Shown here: in pieces, positions 8,254-17,862 of the stretch
Layout: each line of letters opens with the position of its first letter
Numbering within the stretch: the first letter of the stretch is position 1
Assembly: GCA_035358315.1 (NCBI GenBank)
Contig: DAOPPB010000002.1
Location: forward strand, 1 to 55,669
Length of the DNA: 55,669 nt
Reading direction: 5' to 3'
Source of the DNA: a bacterium
Lineage (GTDB): Bacteria; Patescibacteriota; WWE3; UBA101185; UBA10185
Translations under genes and position numbers: made by a program
The notes under the pieces: model-generated
The model's database searches: none
What the model saw: the letters and a program-made list of their open reading frames with translations, nothing else
Told to the model about the DNA's origin: nothing

Positions 8254-9723
8254 TTAAGATTTTTTCCCTACAAGAGACGCTAATTTTTTACGCACCGATA
8301 CAATATCGTTCTTACCAATAAAATCGGCTTTAAACAACGCCCAAACCAAAAAGCCGAAAAGCAGTACAAAAGAAACCAATTTGACCGAAATGGGACTAAG
8401 ACCACACAACAAAGATATAGCTAAAGATAGAAGAGAAATCGCAACATGACTTAAACTAAAAACAGAAAAATTCATCCTTTTTTTAATCCAATAAACCATG
8501 AAAAATAAACAAACGGAACTTCCTATGGTCATTGCCCAAGAAGCGGCTGACAAAGTACCGGTAAAATTTTTTAACGCAAAAAACGAAACTATAGTTCCAA
8601 CGATCAAAAGAACATAACTTCCCACCATGCTTTTAGCCATTTTTGCGGGTATCAAAACGCTTGAGTTCACAATATTTACAAAGGAATATATAACAAAAGC
8701 AAAAACCATCGGAGCAATCAAAGGTATTGATCCGTCATATTTTCCGCTCCCGACAAGAACTCTTATTATCTCCGGAGCAAAACAAGAGGCAACCGCCCCT
8801 GCTAAAACTATCACAGAAAAAAGCTTGTTAAAATTTTTCAAAAAAGATTCTTTAAACTCTTCAAAATTATTCACGTATCTTTCGGAGAAAACAGGAATGT
8901 TGACGGTAGTGACGGAGTCGGAAATTGTCATAAGCTTCTTGGCATATAGAAGAGCAAAAGAATAAATCGCAACCACTTCCGCAGAATTAAAAAGACCTAA
9001 AGCGTTGGCTCCGAGTTTTTCCCAATTGGTGTACAGAATTTTCACGATATATATAGCTATGCTGATTGAAAATATTTCTTTGAAAATTCTTGAAAATTCT
9101 TCTTTTGTCGGAAAACGAATTTTATCCCTTAACGGCTTAAAGGCAATAACACTTAGGGAAATTGATGAAATTACATTAAAAAGCAGAAAAGCGTAAAAGT
9201 ATCCCGAAACTTTATAGAAATATACCAGGGGAATAAACAGCAAAATATTTACAAACGCTATTACTATCTGATAAATAAAAAGCTGTCTGAATCTTTGAGT
9301 TCCGGATATTACCGAATTTAATATTCCCTGAACTCCCTGAAACAACATGGTTATACCGTAGATTTTTAACGGGAACATAAGTTCGGGATTATGATACAAA
9401 TTTTCGGCTATTCTCCCTGCACCGAAGAATAGACCTAAAGATATAGGAATTGTAACGCAATACCTTGCAACCGAAGCCGTAAAAAAAATTTTGAAAATAT
9501 CATCTTCGCTTTTGGCCGAGGATATTTCTCTGGTGCTTGCCGACACTAAACCTAAGTGCTGATAAATCCCCAAAGCTCCGCCTATTGAAACGGCCAATTG
9601 TACCAGGCCCCACTCTCCGACACTCAGAATTCTTATAACAACAAAAGTTTCAACCATGCCCAAAAGCATAGCCAAGCCCTGGGCAAGCAAACTAACTATC
9701 TGCCATTTTCCTAAATCTTTCAT
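8254..9723 (-). CDS. MOP-superfamily oligosaccharide flippase (Wzx-like)
   Basis: 489 aa, about 14 hydrophobic segments with polysaccharide-biosynthesis-protein architecture. Confidence 0.7.
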   Translation of the reverse strand: MKDLGKWQIVSLLAQGLAMLLGMVETFVVIRILSVGEWGLVQLAVSIGGALGIYQHLGLVSASTREISSAKSEDDIFKIFFTASVARYCVTIPISLGLFFGAGRIAENLYHNPELMFPLKIYGITMLFQGVQGILNSVISGTQRFRQLFIYQIVIAFVNILLFIPLVYFYKVSGYFYAFLLFNVISSISLSVIAFKPLRDKIRFPTKEEFSRIFKEIFSISIAIYIVKILYTNWEKLGANALGLFNSAEVVAIYSFALLYAKKLMTISDSVTTVNIPVFSERYVNNFEEFKESFLKNFNKLFSVIVLAGAVASCFAPEIIRVLVGSGKYDGSIPLIAPMVFAFVIYSFVNIVNSSVLIPAKMAKSMVGSYVLLIVGTIVSFFALKNFTGTLSAASWAMTIGSSVCLFFMVYWIKKRMNFSVFSLSHVAISLLSLAISLLCGLSPISVKLVSFVLLFGFLVWALFKADFIGKNDIVSVRKKLASLVGKKS

Positions 9724-9728
9724 TTTTT

Positions 9729-11864
9729 TTATTCGACTAAAATATCACCCAAATATACGCTTCTCATCTTTATTTTGTTTGAAACACTTAGAAACAGGCC
9801 ATAATCTCCGGGATCTACGTAGGAAGGAATAGCAAAACTCAAATCCTCCACATAGTACATTCCCTCCGTCCAATCGGCAGGTCTTAAAAACGCAAATGAA
9901 GGCAGATTGGCTACCTGGAATACTTTTCCGGTTTCTTTATTCATCAGAGTAATGTAGAAAAGAAAATTATCCATCCCCTCCTCACTGATTTTTTTATAAA
10001 CAATCTCACCATTACTTAGAGTCTCTCTTTTAACCCCATCCGGCATTTCAAAATCTACAACACTTATCAATTCCATCACATCAAATTTGTATTTCTCCGG
10101 GTACTCAAACCTCTCCTGAATAGGAATAAGACTTGTCTTTTCCCTCGGCTCCCCTTTTTTGAAGAGATATAAATTCCCACAGGCCATTACCAGATCATAC
10201 TTTTCGCTTGATACCATTTTTTCAGTTAAATCTTTAACTATGCTAGTACTCAGACCCAATATGGCCGAAAGCTTCCTTGACTGGACATCAACAATCACAT
10301 AATCTGCTTCATTCCAAAGCGCTGGAAATATAGCGTAAGTTTCTCTCATACTCATGTGATCCCCAAGATTATCAGGACCTGATACCGCGGCATCGTCCGG
10401 AATCTTTGATATAACCGCATTTGCGCATTTAACATCTTTGATGTCCAAATCGGGCAGTTTCACAACGTCACCTATTTTCAGATCGGAAATTTCTTTACCG
10501 CCAAAATCGTAATCGGCAGAAACTCTTCTTTTCACCGCCTGAGTAAACCACAAATAAAGAGGGTTATTGTATTTTACAGTTGTAAAGTAGCATGAAAAAA
10601 ATACCAACAAGGATAACGCGGTTATCATCTGCTTTTTATATTTCCCTATTTTCGGAAAAATATCCGTGGCTATTCCCGTTAATAAAGTTATAGAGTAAAT
10701 AGTTGAAACAAAAAGCACGGGTATAATCATTGATATTCTATGATTTTCAATCTCTTCAACCCCAAGGCCTTCTTCAGTCACAAGGTAATTTATCAAAAAG
10801 TCCGGAGCCGATATTAAAAGCATTGCCGGATTTGCGATGGGAAGATAAGAAAAGGGCTTGAAAGTTCTGTCCAAACTATCCAACCTATCACCACTGAAAA
10901 AAGTTCTTATCAGACGCTGGTTTTTAAGAATCATATTTTTTATGACCTCAAAATAAGAGCTACCAAAATCCTCGTATCTTGAAAGAAAATAATTTTCTCT
11001 TGTAACATCATTTGCCGCATTGGGTTCTTCACCGATTGAGGCCACAAACCTATTGTAACTTTCCACCCTATAATGGGTATTTTTCGGAATTATGATAAAA
11101 AACGCTGTCACAAACCAGACTAATCCTACAAACATCATACTTACCCCAATTTTAGCCGTTTTTATTTTAAAGAAATTTTTGAACCATTCCCCGCTAAATT
11201 TAAAAATTCCCGCTCCCTTGGTTCTAAAAAACAAAATAAAAAGACCCCATATAAAAATGTATAGAGGAATCTGCTCTTTTCCTGCCATCGTAAGCACAAG
11301 TAAAACCCAAAAAGCCGCCATTTTGCCTTTTGTAAAGGAATTTTCTTTATACATTTTTTCAAAAAGATAAAAAGCACCTAAGAAAAATGGAATTGCGGCT
11401 GTAACAGCATGAAATCCCATCGTCCCATTTATAAACCCAAGAGACGGGTGAAAAATATAGGCTAAACTAAACAAAAAAGCGGAAAACTTGGATTTAAGCT
11501 CCAAATCAGCAATTGCATAAATCAAAAAAGACGAAAATACAACAATAAAAAGCTGGGCTATTGCCAGAGTAAGAGGGTGGGGAAAAATCGCAAACACCGG
11601 AACAAACAAAGCCAGCAAAGGATCTACATGACTCATTGCCCACCTGGGAACATTTGACCCGAAATAATCTGTAAGATACATAAATTTCCCATGCAGAGTG
11701 TACCAGGCCATCTGAGTCATATTTCCAAGGTCAAACTTTCCGAAATCGAAATTGTTATACCTAAATATGTTTAGTTTTAGTGCTACAAAGAAATTTGCAC
11801 ATGAAAGACCGAATATTATGAAAAGATAAATATTTTCCTTAATTATTTTTATGATTTTTTTCAT
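9729..11864 (-). CDS. DUF2079-family membrane protein (predicted GT-C-like glycosyltransferase) with C-terminal soluble domain
   Basis: 711 aa. The N-terminal FDFGKFDLGNMTQMAW...SHVDPLLAL pattern is characteristic of DUF2079. ~250-aa non-membrane C-terminus. Confidence 0.65.
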   Translation of the reverse strand: MKKIIKIIKENIYLFIIFGLSCANFFVALKLNIFRYNNFDFGKFDLGNMTQMAWYTLHGKFMYLTDYFGSNVPRWAMSHVDPLLALFVPVFAIFPHPLTLAIAQLFIVVFSSFLIYAIADLELKSKFSAFLFSLAYIFHPSLGFINGTMGFHAVTAAIPFFLGAFYLFEKMYKENSFTKGKMAAFWVLLVLTMAGKEQIPLYIFIWGLFILFFRTKGAGIFKFSGEWFKNFFKIKTAKIGVSMMFVGLVWFVTAFFIIIPKNTHYRVESYNRFVASIGEEPNAANDVTRENYFLSRYEDFGSSYFEVIKNMILKNQRLIRTFFSGDRLDSLDRTFKPFSYLPIANPAMLLISAPDFLINYLVTEEGLGVEEIENHRISMIIPVLFVSTIYSITLLTGIATDIFPKIGKYKKQMITALSLLVFFSCYFTTVKYNNPLYLWFTQAVKRRVSADYDFGGKEISDLKIGDVVKLPDLDIKDVKCANAVISKIPDDAAVSGPDNLGDHMSMRETYAIFPALWNEADYVIVDVQSRKLSAILGLSTSIVKDLTEKMVSSEKYDLVMACGNLYLFKKGEPREKTSLIPIQERFEYPEKYKFDVMELISVVDFEMPDGVKRETLSNGEIVYKKISEEGMDNFLFYITLMNKETGKVFQVANLPSFAFLRPADWTEGMYYVEDLSFAIPSYVDPGDYGLFLSVSNKIKMRSVYLGDILVE

Positions 11865-11881
11865 TTACGCGCCGCTTTCTA

Positions 11882-12568
11882 TTAATCGAAGAATCTGAAC
11901 TTTATAAGAGCATGAACAGCATTAAAACCATCTTTCCATGTTATTTTTTTACCTTCGCTGAAAGCCCTGCCTTTGTAGGAAATAGGAACTTCCCTAATTT
12001 TCAGACCCGCTTTTAGTATCTTCGCGGTAATTTCGGGCTCAAAATCAAATCGCTCGGATTTAATATCAATACTTCTGACAAAATCTCCGGGCATTAATTT
12101 ATAGCAGGTTTCCATATCTGTAAGAGTTACACCAAAAAGCACGTTGGTAACTAAAGTTAAAAGTTTATTCCCAAAATAATGCAGTGTTGTCATTTTTTCA
12201 TACTTTCCGGAAAATCTTGAACCATATATAACATCGGCGTCTCCTTCCTTTAATGCGTCCAGAAGCTTTTTGTAATCCTGAGGGTCATATTCAAGATCAG
12301 CGTCCTGAATTATAACGTAATCTCCTGTCGTCTGCTTAAAACCGACCTTAAGCGTGTGACCTTTTCCCCTGTTCTCCCCTTTTATAACAACCTTAATATC
12401 GGGGTATTTTTCTCCTATTTTCCTTATAATATCAACGGAACCGTCGGTAGAACCATCGTCAACAATAATTATTTCTTTTTCTATACCGTCAACTGCCCTG
12501 ACCAAGTCAACAATCTTTTCTATAGTGTTTTTTTCGTTATAAACCGGTATAACAACAGATAATTTCAT
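11882..12568 (-). CDS. GT2, polyprenyl-phosphate sugar synthase-like (Dpm1/ArnC type)
   Basis: 228 aa from ATG 12568 (MKLSVVIPVYNEKNTIEKIV...VDDGSTDGS...IQDADLEYDP). That start avoids overlap with the upstream stop at 12576. Confidence 0.8.
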   Translation of the reverse strand: MKLSVVIPVYNEKNTIEKIVDLVRAVDGIEKEIIIVDDGSTDGSVDIIRKIGEKYPDIKVVIKGENRGKGHTLKVGFKQTTGDYVIIQDADLEYDPQDYKKLLDALKEGDADVIYGSRFSGKYEKMTTLHYFGNKLLTLVTNVLFGVTLTDMETCYKLMPGDFVRSIDIKSERFDFEPEITAKILKAGLKIREVPISYKGRAFSEGKKITWKDGFNAVHALIKFRFFD

Positions 12569-12575
12569 ATTCACA

Positions 12576-14273
12576 CTACCTTTCAAATTCAAGTATATCG
12601 GCAAAAAATTCCTTGCTCCCGATATTATACCTAAAACTTTGAATTAATTTCAGATATCCAAAATTTTCTATATCAAGATTAAAATTAGAGTTATCTTCAT
12701 TAGTAATAAGGACATAGGAAACGTTATTTTTTAACAAAGATTTATAATCCAATTCTTTTTTATCCGAAAAATCCCGTTTTTCTCCTATTAGGTTTTCCTT
12801 GGGATAAGAATAATTTATATACCAATCCGCCACGCTGGTCGTATCATTAAAAATTATTTTTCCATCTAAATTATCCCTTGCGTATATTCCGGCCGATTTA
12901 ATAGCTGTATAGATATTTTTATGGTTAAAAATCACCGATGACGACCAGAATGTGGTGGATAATAAAATAAGGCAAAAAAATACCTTTGAATCTCTAAAAT
13001 AAATGGAGAGAAGCATCAGTACTTGAATCAAAACTATCACTGCAAAGGCCGTTTTCACAGGAACCAAGAACTGCAGTTTCAAAAAATACTGGCTGACAAC
13101 ATAAAAAAGCAATAAAAACGCCGGAAATATCGTATCGGCTGAAATACCGGCAAAAGTTTTTCCTTTGCTTTTTTCGAATGTTTCAGCAAAATCCCGAAAA
13201 CTTATAGTAAAAATCAGCACGAAAAATGGGATAAGAGGAACAAATAATCTGGGTACCGCCGCCGGCCAAACTAGTATCAACAAGAGGTCCAAAATAATAA
13301 ATGTCGTTATACCTAAGTTTTTATGTAGAAATAAAATGACATTCCGCGGCTTTTTAAAAATAAAATAAAACGCAGAGGTAAAACCGAATAAGTACAAAAT
13401 AGAAACAATATAAGTCCAGACCATTTTAAAATCATAAATTCTGCGGGATGGTTCCTCAAAATAAGAAGACTCAAAGGGATTGCGGTTCAGAATCCAAGGA
13501 GATATCACAATCAACGTCGTTAATCCAAAAATCAGAAGTCTCTCCCAATTTTTTAAAATCTGCGTGAAAAAACTTTTCAACTTAAATGTAAATCCCGAAC
13601 CTTCCGCAGATGTTTTACCGCCGTTGTTTTCATTCTCATGAAATTTCTTGTCGGAAAGTGCTAAACCGGCCAGAACCGCTATTGCAAGCAAGTATCCTTC
13701 AAATCTCGTAAGTATCGCCAAACCACACACAACTCCCAAAATAATAAGATTTCCAAAACCGACTCTTTTGCGGCCTTTTTCATTTTCCCGATGTTTTAGT
13801 CTCTCCACATACCTTGACAACAAATAAAAAGCAAGAAGAACGAAAAAGGAGAACGGGACATCAGCCATAACCCTAATAGACCAATAAAGATAGACAGGAT
13901 TTAAAATAAACAAAATCAATGAAATTAATCTGTATTTTTCATCCTTAATGTAAATTTCAGTTAATTTATCAAAAACAACAAAAGCCAAAAGGGAAAATAC
14001 GAAAACTACTACTCTACCCCACAGGACCGGATCAACATCGGAAGGTCTTACAGCGGTGAAAACTGAGAAAAGTGGCGGCCTCTTTTCATCCGAAGGATAA
14101 ATTCCCTTGCGGATATACTCGGAAGCTCTCAGAATTCTATAAGAATCACCCCACTCGGCTACATTTACATTAAAAAGAGCAATATGCAATACAAAAAAAA
14201 GAATGTATGCGTAAATTCGGGAGGAAATCTTTTTAGATTTTTTAAACAAGATAATTTTTCCTGGCAAACTCAT
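12576..14273 (-). CDS. GT-C-fold membrane glycosyltransferase (ArnT-like)
   Basis: 565 aa. Multi-TM protein with first-loop EWGDSYRILRAS...PPLFS pattern and a C-terminal soluble domain. Confidence 0.7.
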   Translation of the reverse strand: MSLPGKIILFKKSKKISSRIYAYILFFVLHIALFNVNVAEWGDSYRILRASEYIRKGIYPSDEKRPPLFSVFTAVRPSDVDPVLWGRVVVFVFSLLAFVVFDKLTEIYIKDEKYRLISLILFILNPVYLYWSIRVMADVPFSFFVLLAFYLLSRYVERLKHRENEKGRKRVGFGNLIILGVVCGLAILTRFEGYLLAIAVLAGLALSDKKFHENENNGGKTSAEGSGFTFKLKSFFTQILKNWERLLIFGLTTLIVISPWILNRNPFESSYFEEPSRRIYDFKMVWTYIVSILYLFGFTSAFYFIFKKPRNVILFLHKNLGITTFIILDLLLILVWPAAVPRLFVPLIPFFVLIFTISFRDFAETFEKSKGKTFAGISADTIFPAFLLLFYVVSQYFLKLQFLVPVKTAFAVIVLIQVLMLLSIYFRDSKVFFCLILLSTTFWSSSVIFNHKNIYTAIKSAGIYARDNLDGKIIFNDTTSVADWYINYSYPKENLIGEKRDFSDKKELDYKSLLKNNVSYVLITNEDNSNFNLDIENFGYLKLIQSFRYNIGSKEFFADILEFER

Positions 14274-15441
14274 ATACTTTCTGTATCTCTTTTACTCTTG
14301 CATCCCAGGAATATAAAAGCGCCACTTTTTTGGTGTCAACGGAAGTGTAATTTCCTTCTATAAGTCCGTAAATAGATTTTGCAATATATTCGGGGTCAAG
14401 ATTTTTAAGATAATACAAACCCTGGATATTTTCCGACAGCCTGAAACCCGAAACTAGGCACGGAACTCCGCAGGAAAGTCCCTGCATCACAACTTTCGGC
14501 AAACCCTCCCAGGAAGAAGGCAAAACAAAAATATTTGAAATCTGATAAGCGATGGGGGTTTGCGGATATGGAGTATAACCCACTTTTACAACCCTATTAG
14601 CAAGTCCGTTTACAGATATCGCTTCGTTGATTTTACCCATGTAGGAAGCATCCCCCGAACCCACCAGCAAAAGTTTGTAGTGACGGGGCAAAAATTTCAA
14701 CGCCTCTACAAGAAGATGAACATTCTTTCTTTCCGACATTACTCCGTGATTAAGAATTATCTTGTCGTCCATGTCAAAACCTAAATCAGCTCTTGATTTC
14801 TCCACCTCCTCATAACCGACGGGCTTAAACAAAGCAGGATTAACTCCCGACTCCACAAAAAAACATCTTCGCTTATCGGCTCCATAGTATTCGATGGCTT
14901 TTTTCATATTTCCTTCGCTTACAAAAATACACGCCGCTGCAGCTTTTACCGCATGTTCATCCGAAAAAACAGTAAGGGGCCAAACTAAATAGCGCGATAT
15001 CGGAGCAATCGGCTTATTCTGCTTCTCCATCTGAACCCATCTATCTTTTGCAACATTATGAAAATGCACAACTAGAGGAACTTCCAACTCTTTTGACCAT
15101 GGAAAGAATTTCTGCAAAAAGCATCTGTACCAGTAAATCCAAATTGCAAAATGACCGTGAGTGTGAATAACATCGGGTGTATTTTTTCTCCTCCATCTAA
15201 GATACTTAAAAAACAAAGAGATTGAGCTGGTGAAAAATATTGTTCCCGGAAGAGGCTCTCTCATTATCGGATGAACTTTTACATTTCCGGGTTTCTCTAT
15301 ATTTCCCGAACGGGGCCACCTCCCGCAAAACACATCAACATCGTGGCCGGCTCTGTCCTGGCTTGCGGTAATTTCATAAGGATGGGGCGCCAAACCTTGC
15401 CAGGGAGGTGGCCAATCATAAACTATTCTTAATATTTTCAT
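14242..15441 (-). CDS. GT4-family (GT-B fold) glycosyltransferase
   Basis: 399 aa. The C-terminal ...VLPSSWEGLPKVVMQGLSCGVPCLVS... is an EX7E-type GT4 motif region. Confidence 0.8.
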   Translation of the reverse strand: MKILRIVYDWPPPWQGLAPHPYEITASQDRAGHDVDVFCGRWPRSGNIEKPGNVKVHPIMREPLPGTIFFTSSISLFFKYLRWRRKNTPDVIHTHGHFAIWIYWYRCFLQKFFPWSKELEVPLVVHFHNVAKDRWVQMEKQNKPIAPISRYLVWPLTVFSDEHAVKAAAACIFVSEGNMKKAIEYYGADKRRCFFVESGVNPALFKPVGYEEVEKSRADLGFDMDDKIILNHGVMSERKNVHLLVEALKFLPRHYKLLLVGSGDASYMGKINEAISVNGLANRVVKVGYTPYPQTPIAYQISNIFVLPSSWEGLPKVVMQGLSCGVPCLVSGFRLSENIQGLYYLKNLDPEYIAKSIYGLIEGNYTSVDTKKVALLYSWDARVKEIQKVYEFARKNYLV

Positions 15442-16622
15442 TTTGTGACCTCCAAGAAAACTTCCTCATACTTATCTACCATTCTATCAATCGTAAACTC
15501 CCTTTGGGCTTTTTCCTCAGCGTTTTTTCCAAGTTCCAACCTTAACTTATCATCGTCAATTAATTCTATCAGTTTTTCCTTAAAATATTTATTATCACCG
15601 GCTTTTACAAGATATCCGGTTTTTCCATCAGCAACGGCATCAGAAACTCCTCCCAGATCAAAGGCCACAACCGGAATTCCGGCAAACATGGATTCAACAA
15701 GGACCATAGGAAAACCCTCAACTCTTTGCGTAGGAAAAACAAATATGTCAGGATTTATCTTTTTTATGAACTCGTTATGGGGCATTTTTCCGTGAAAAAC
15801 TACTTTCTCTTGAATTTTATCCTTTCCAACTTTTTTCATGGCTTTCTCCAAACACGGGCCTTCTCCGACAACATGAAGAATAATATTTCTGTTTATATCT
15901 CTAACCATATCCAACAAGGTTAGAATTCCTTTTGAAACCTCTATCCTTCCGATAAAGTATAAGTCAACCACTCCCCCGACATTTCTGTTCTTTTTTTCAT
16001 TTTTGTATAGATTTCCGTTAACTCCGTTGTGAATAACCGAAACTTTATTTTCGTCAACAAAAGTTTCGGAAATTAATGCTTTTTTAACATATTCCGAAAC
16101 TGCTATTACTTTATCTGAATGAAGAATATATCTTCTTTGTCTTCCAAAATATTGCCTGAAAAAATATTGCGTATTCCTTAGCGCCCAATAAAAATCTTTT
16201 ACATTTTTAATATTTTTCAAAAAAGTGGAATATTCCGAAGCCGCAGTCCCATGAGCAATAGAAACGGTTTTTACATTTAATTCGTGCTTTTTTTCTATGA
16301 TTTTTTCGGCGGCGGCGCTTTGGCTTAATACAATGTCAAAATTCTCTCTTCTCTGCCATTCGGAAAAAACCTCCAAAGATTTTTTTCCCCAGCTGTTTTT
16401 TCTGAATTTTGAAAAAAGATAGTTTCTATAGTCGGCGTCGATGAAAACATATTTAACTCCGTTCTTTTCTGCAAATTCTTCCTGCAATTCCTTTTTTGGA
16501 GAAAATACCGTTATGTTATAACCTCTTTTTGCCAACTCTTCACAAAGTACCAGATTCTGTGTTTCAAGACCCCCGTGATTTTTATGCAATGTTGTAGATT
16601 TTGTAAATACAGCAATTTTCAT
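15438..16622 (-). CDS. GT4-family (GT-B fold) glycosyltransferase
   Basis: 394 aa. HKNHGGLETQ N-terminal motif and ...VFPTQRVEGFPMVLVESMFAGIPVVAFDLGG... C-terminal motif. 4-nt overlap with the downstream gene. Confidence 0.85.
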   Translation of the reverse strand: MKIAVFTKSTTLHKNHGGLETQNLVLCEELAKRGYNITVFSPKKELQEEFAEKNGVKYVFIDADYRNYLFSKFRKNSWGKKSLEVFSEWQRRENFDIVLSQSAAAEKIIEKKHELNVKTVSIAHGTAASEYSTFLKNIKNVKDFYWALRNTQYFFRQYFGRQRRYILHSDKVIAVSEYVKKALISETFVDENKVSVIHNGVNGNLYKNEKKNRNVGGVVDLYFIGRIEVSKGILTLLDMVRDINRNIILHVVGEGPCLEKAMKKVGKDKIQEKVVFHGKMPHNEFIKKINPDIFVFPTQRVEGFPMVLVESMFAGIPVVAFDLGGVSDAVADGKTGYLVKAGDNKYFKEKLIELIDDDKLRLELGKNAEEKAQREFTIDRMVDKYEEVFLEVTK

Positions 16623-16630
16623 TTTTCCGA

Positions 16631-16674
16631 CTCCGGGCTTCCCGGGCTCAGCCCTCGACGGGCTGAGCCCGGAG
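16631..16674. repeat. GC-rich double palindrome, copy D (GGGCTCAGCCC-TCGAC-GGGCTGAGCCC) plus a partial extra half
   Basis: CTCCGGGCTT + CCCGGGCTCAGCCCTCGACGGGCTGAGCCCGGAG. 13-nt perfect arms. Spans the stop codon of the GT4 gene 16648..17862. Confidence 0.9.
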
Positions 16675-17862
16675 AGTAGCGAGCAACAAAACTGTGTTTT
16701 TATTTATATCAAAATCTTTCTCTATTTTACTGTAAAGATTATTTCCAAGTTTTTTTCGCAGATCCTCGTCATTTAACAAAATTTCCAATTTTTCGGCCAA
16801 AGCGTTAGAATTACCCGGCGAAAAAAGCAGTCCCGTTTCTCCGTCAATTATTATCTCATGGGTGCTGCCCGTATCAGAGGCTACAACAGGAACCCTAAAC
16901 ACCCCTGCTTCAAGAAGAACATTAGCAATACCATCAACATCCTTCTCTTCCGTCTCTATACTGGGAAAAGCAAAAACACCGGCCGCTTTAAAATGCATAA
17001 GTGTCTCCTCGTTCGGCAAACCTTTATTCTCACCCAGTATTTTTACCTCATTTTCCAACCCATTTTCTTTTATCTGCTCCAAAATGTCCCGATACAAAGG
17101 GCCAAATCCTATTATTTCCATTGAAAAGTCAATCTTCTTATCTTTTAATATCTTTGCGGCATCTATTAAATATTGAAGGCCCTTTTTCTCCACCAATCTG
17201 CCTACCGATAAAATCAAGGGCTTTTCAGGTTTGTAGTCCCTATCTTCCACACTTTTTGTTATTTTCTCTATATCTATTCCATGATGAATTAAGTGAATTT
17301 TATTATTTACATTTCCAAATTTCTCTAAAAGATATTTATAGGCGTTTTCATTGCAAACAGCGATAAACTGCGCGGTCTGAATTTTTTCCCTTACACAATG
17401 CGAGGTAACGAAAACATCTTTGGCATGAGCCGATATTCCGTAAGGAATACCAAGAATCTCCGAAGCATACATTACGATAGTTGAAGATTCCGACAAAAAA
17501 TGCGCAAACAAAAGCTGGGGTTTATATTTTGAAAATTTCCGGGAGTAAGCAACCGATTTCAAAAAAACATAAAAGCTATCGGAAGATTCTCCTTTTTTAA
17601 TTTTCAGGAAAATCTTGCGTAATTTAGAAAAATGGAGAAGAAAATAAGGAAGAGTCGAGAGCGCATCAGCAATGTTTAATCTCCAATACACAGTTTTTTC
17701 TTTTAAGGAATCGGGTATGCTTCCTTTCCCTTTTTTCAACGAAAAAACCGTCAGATCAATATCCTCATATTCATTAATTTTCTCAAGTTCTCTTAAAATA
17801 AAGGTTTCGGTTAATACCGGAAACTCTGGAACAAAGACAAGAATTCTTTTTTTAGTTTCCAT
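16648..17862 (-). CDS. GT4-family (GT-B fold) glycosyltransferase
   Basis: 404 aa. ...FAFPSIETEEKDVDGIANVLLEAGVFRVPVVASDTGS... motif. The last 7 codons and the TGA stop come from repeat copy D. Confidence 0.8.
   Translation of the reverse strand: METKKRILVFVPEFPVLTETFILRELEKINEYEDIDLTVFSLKKGKGSIPDSLKEKTVYWRLNIADALSTLPYFLLHFSKLRKIFLKIKKGESSDSFYVFLKSVAYSRKFSKYKPQLLFAHFLSESSTIVMYASEILGIPYGISAHAKDVFVTSHCVREKIQTAQFIAVCNENAYKYLLEKFGNVNNKIHLIHHGIDIEKITKSVEDRDYKPEKPLILSVGRLVEKKGLQYLIDAAKILKDKKIDFSMEIIGFGPLYRDILEQIKENGLENEVKILGENKGLPNEETLMHFKAAGVFAFPSIETEEKDVDGIANVLLEAGVFRVPVVASDTGSTHEIIIDGETGLLFSPGNSNALAEKLEILLNDEDLRKKLGNNLYSKIEKDFDINKNTVLLLATLRAQPVEG

Noticed and set aside
914-16674. The GC-rich palindromes as integron attC sites or a CRISPR array.
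   Set aside because: There is no integrase or cas gene. There are no GTTRRRY-type core sites and no regular repeat-spacer periodicity; the copies are 0.6, 2.4 and 12.7 kb apart. One copy is inside a CDS.
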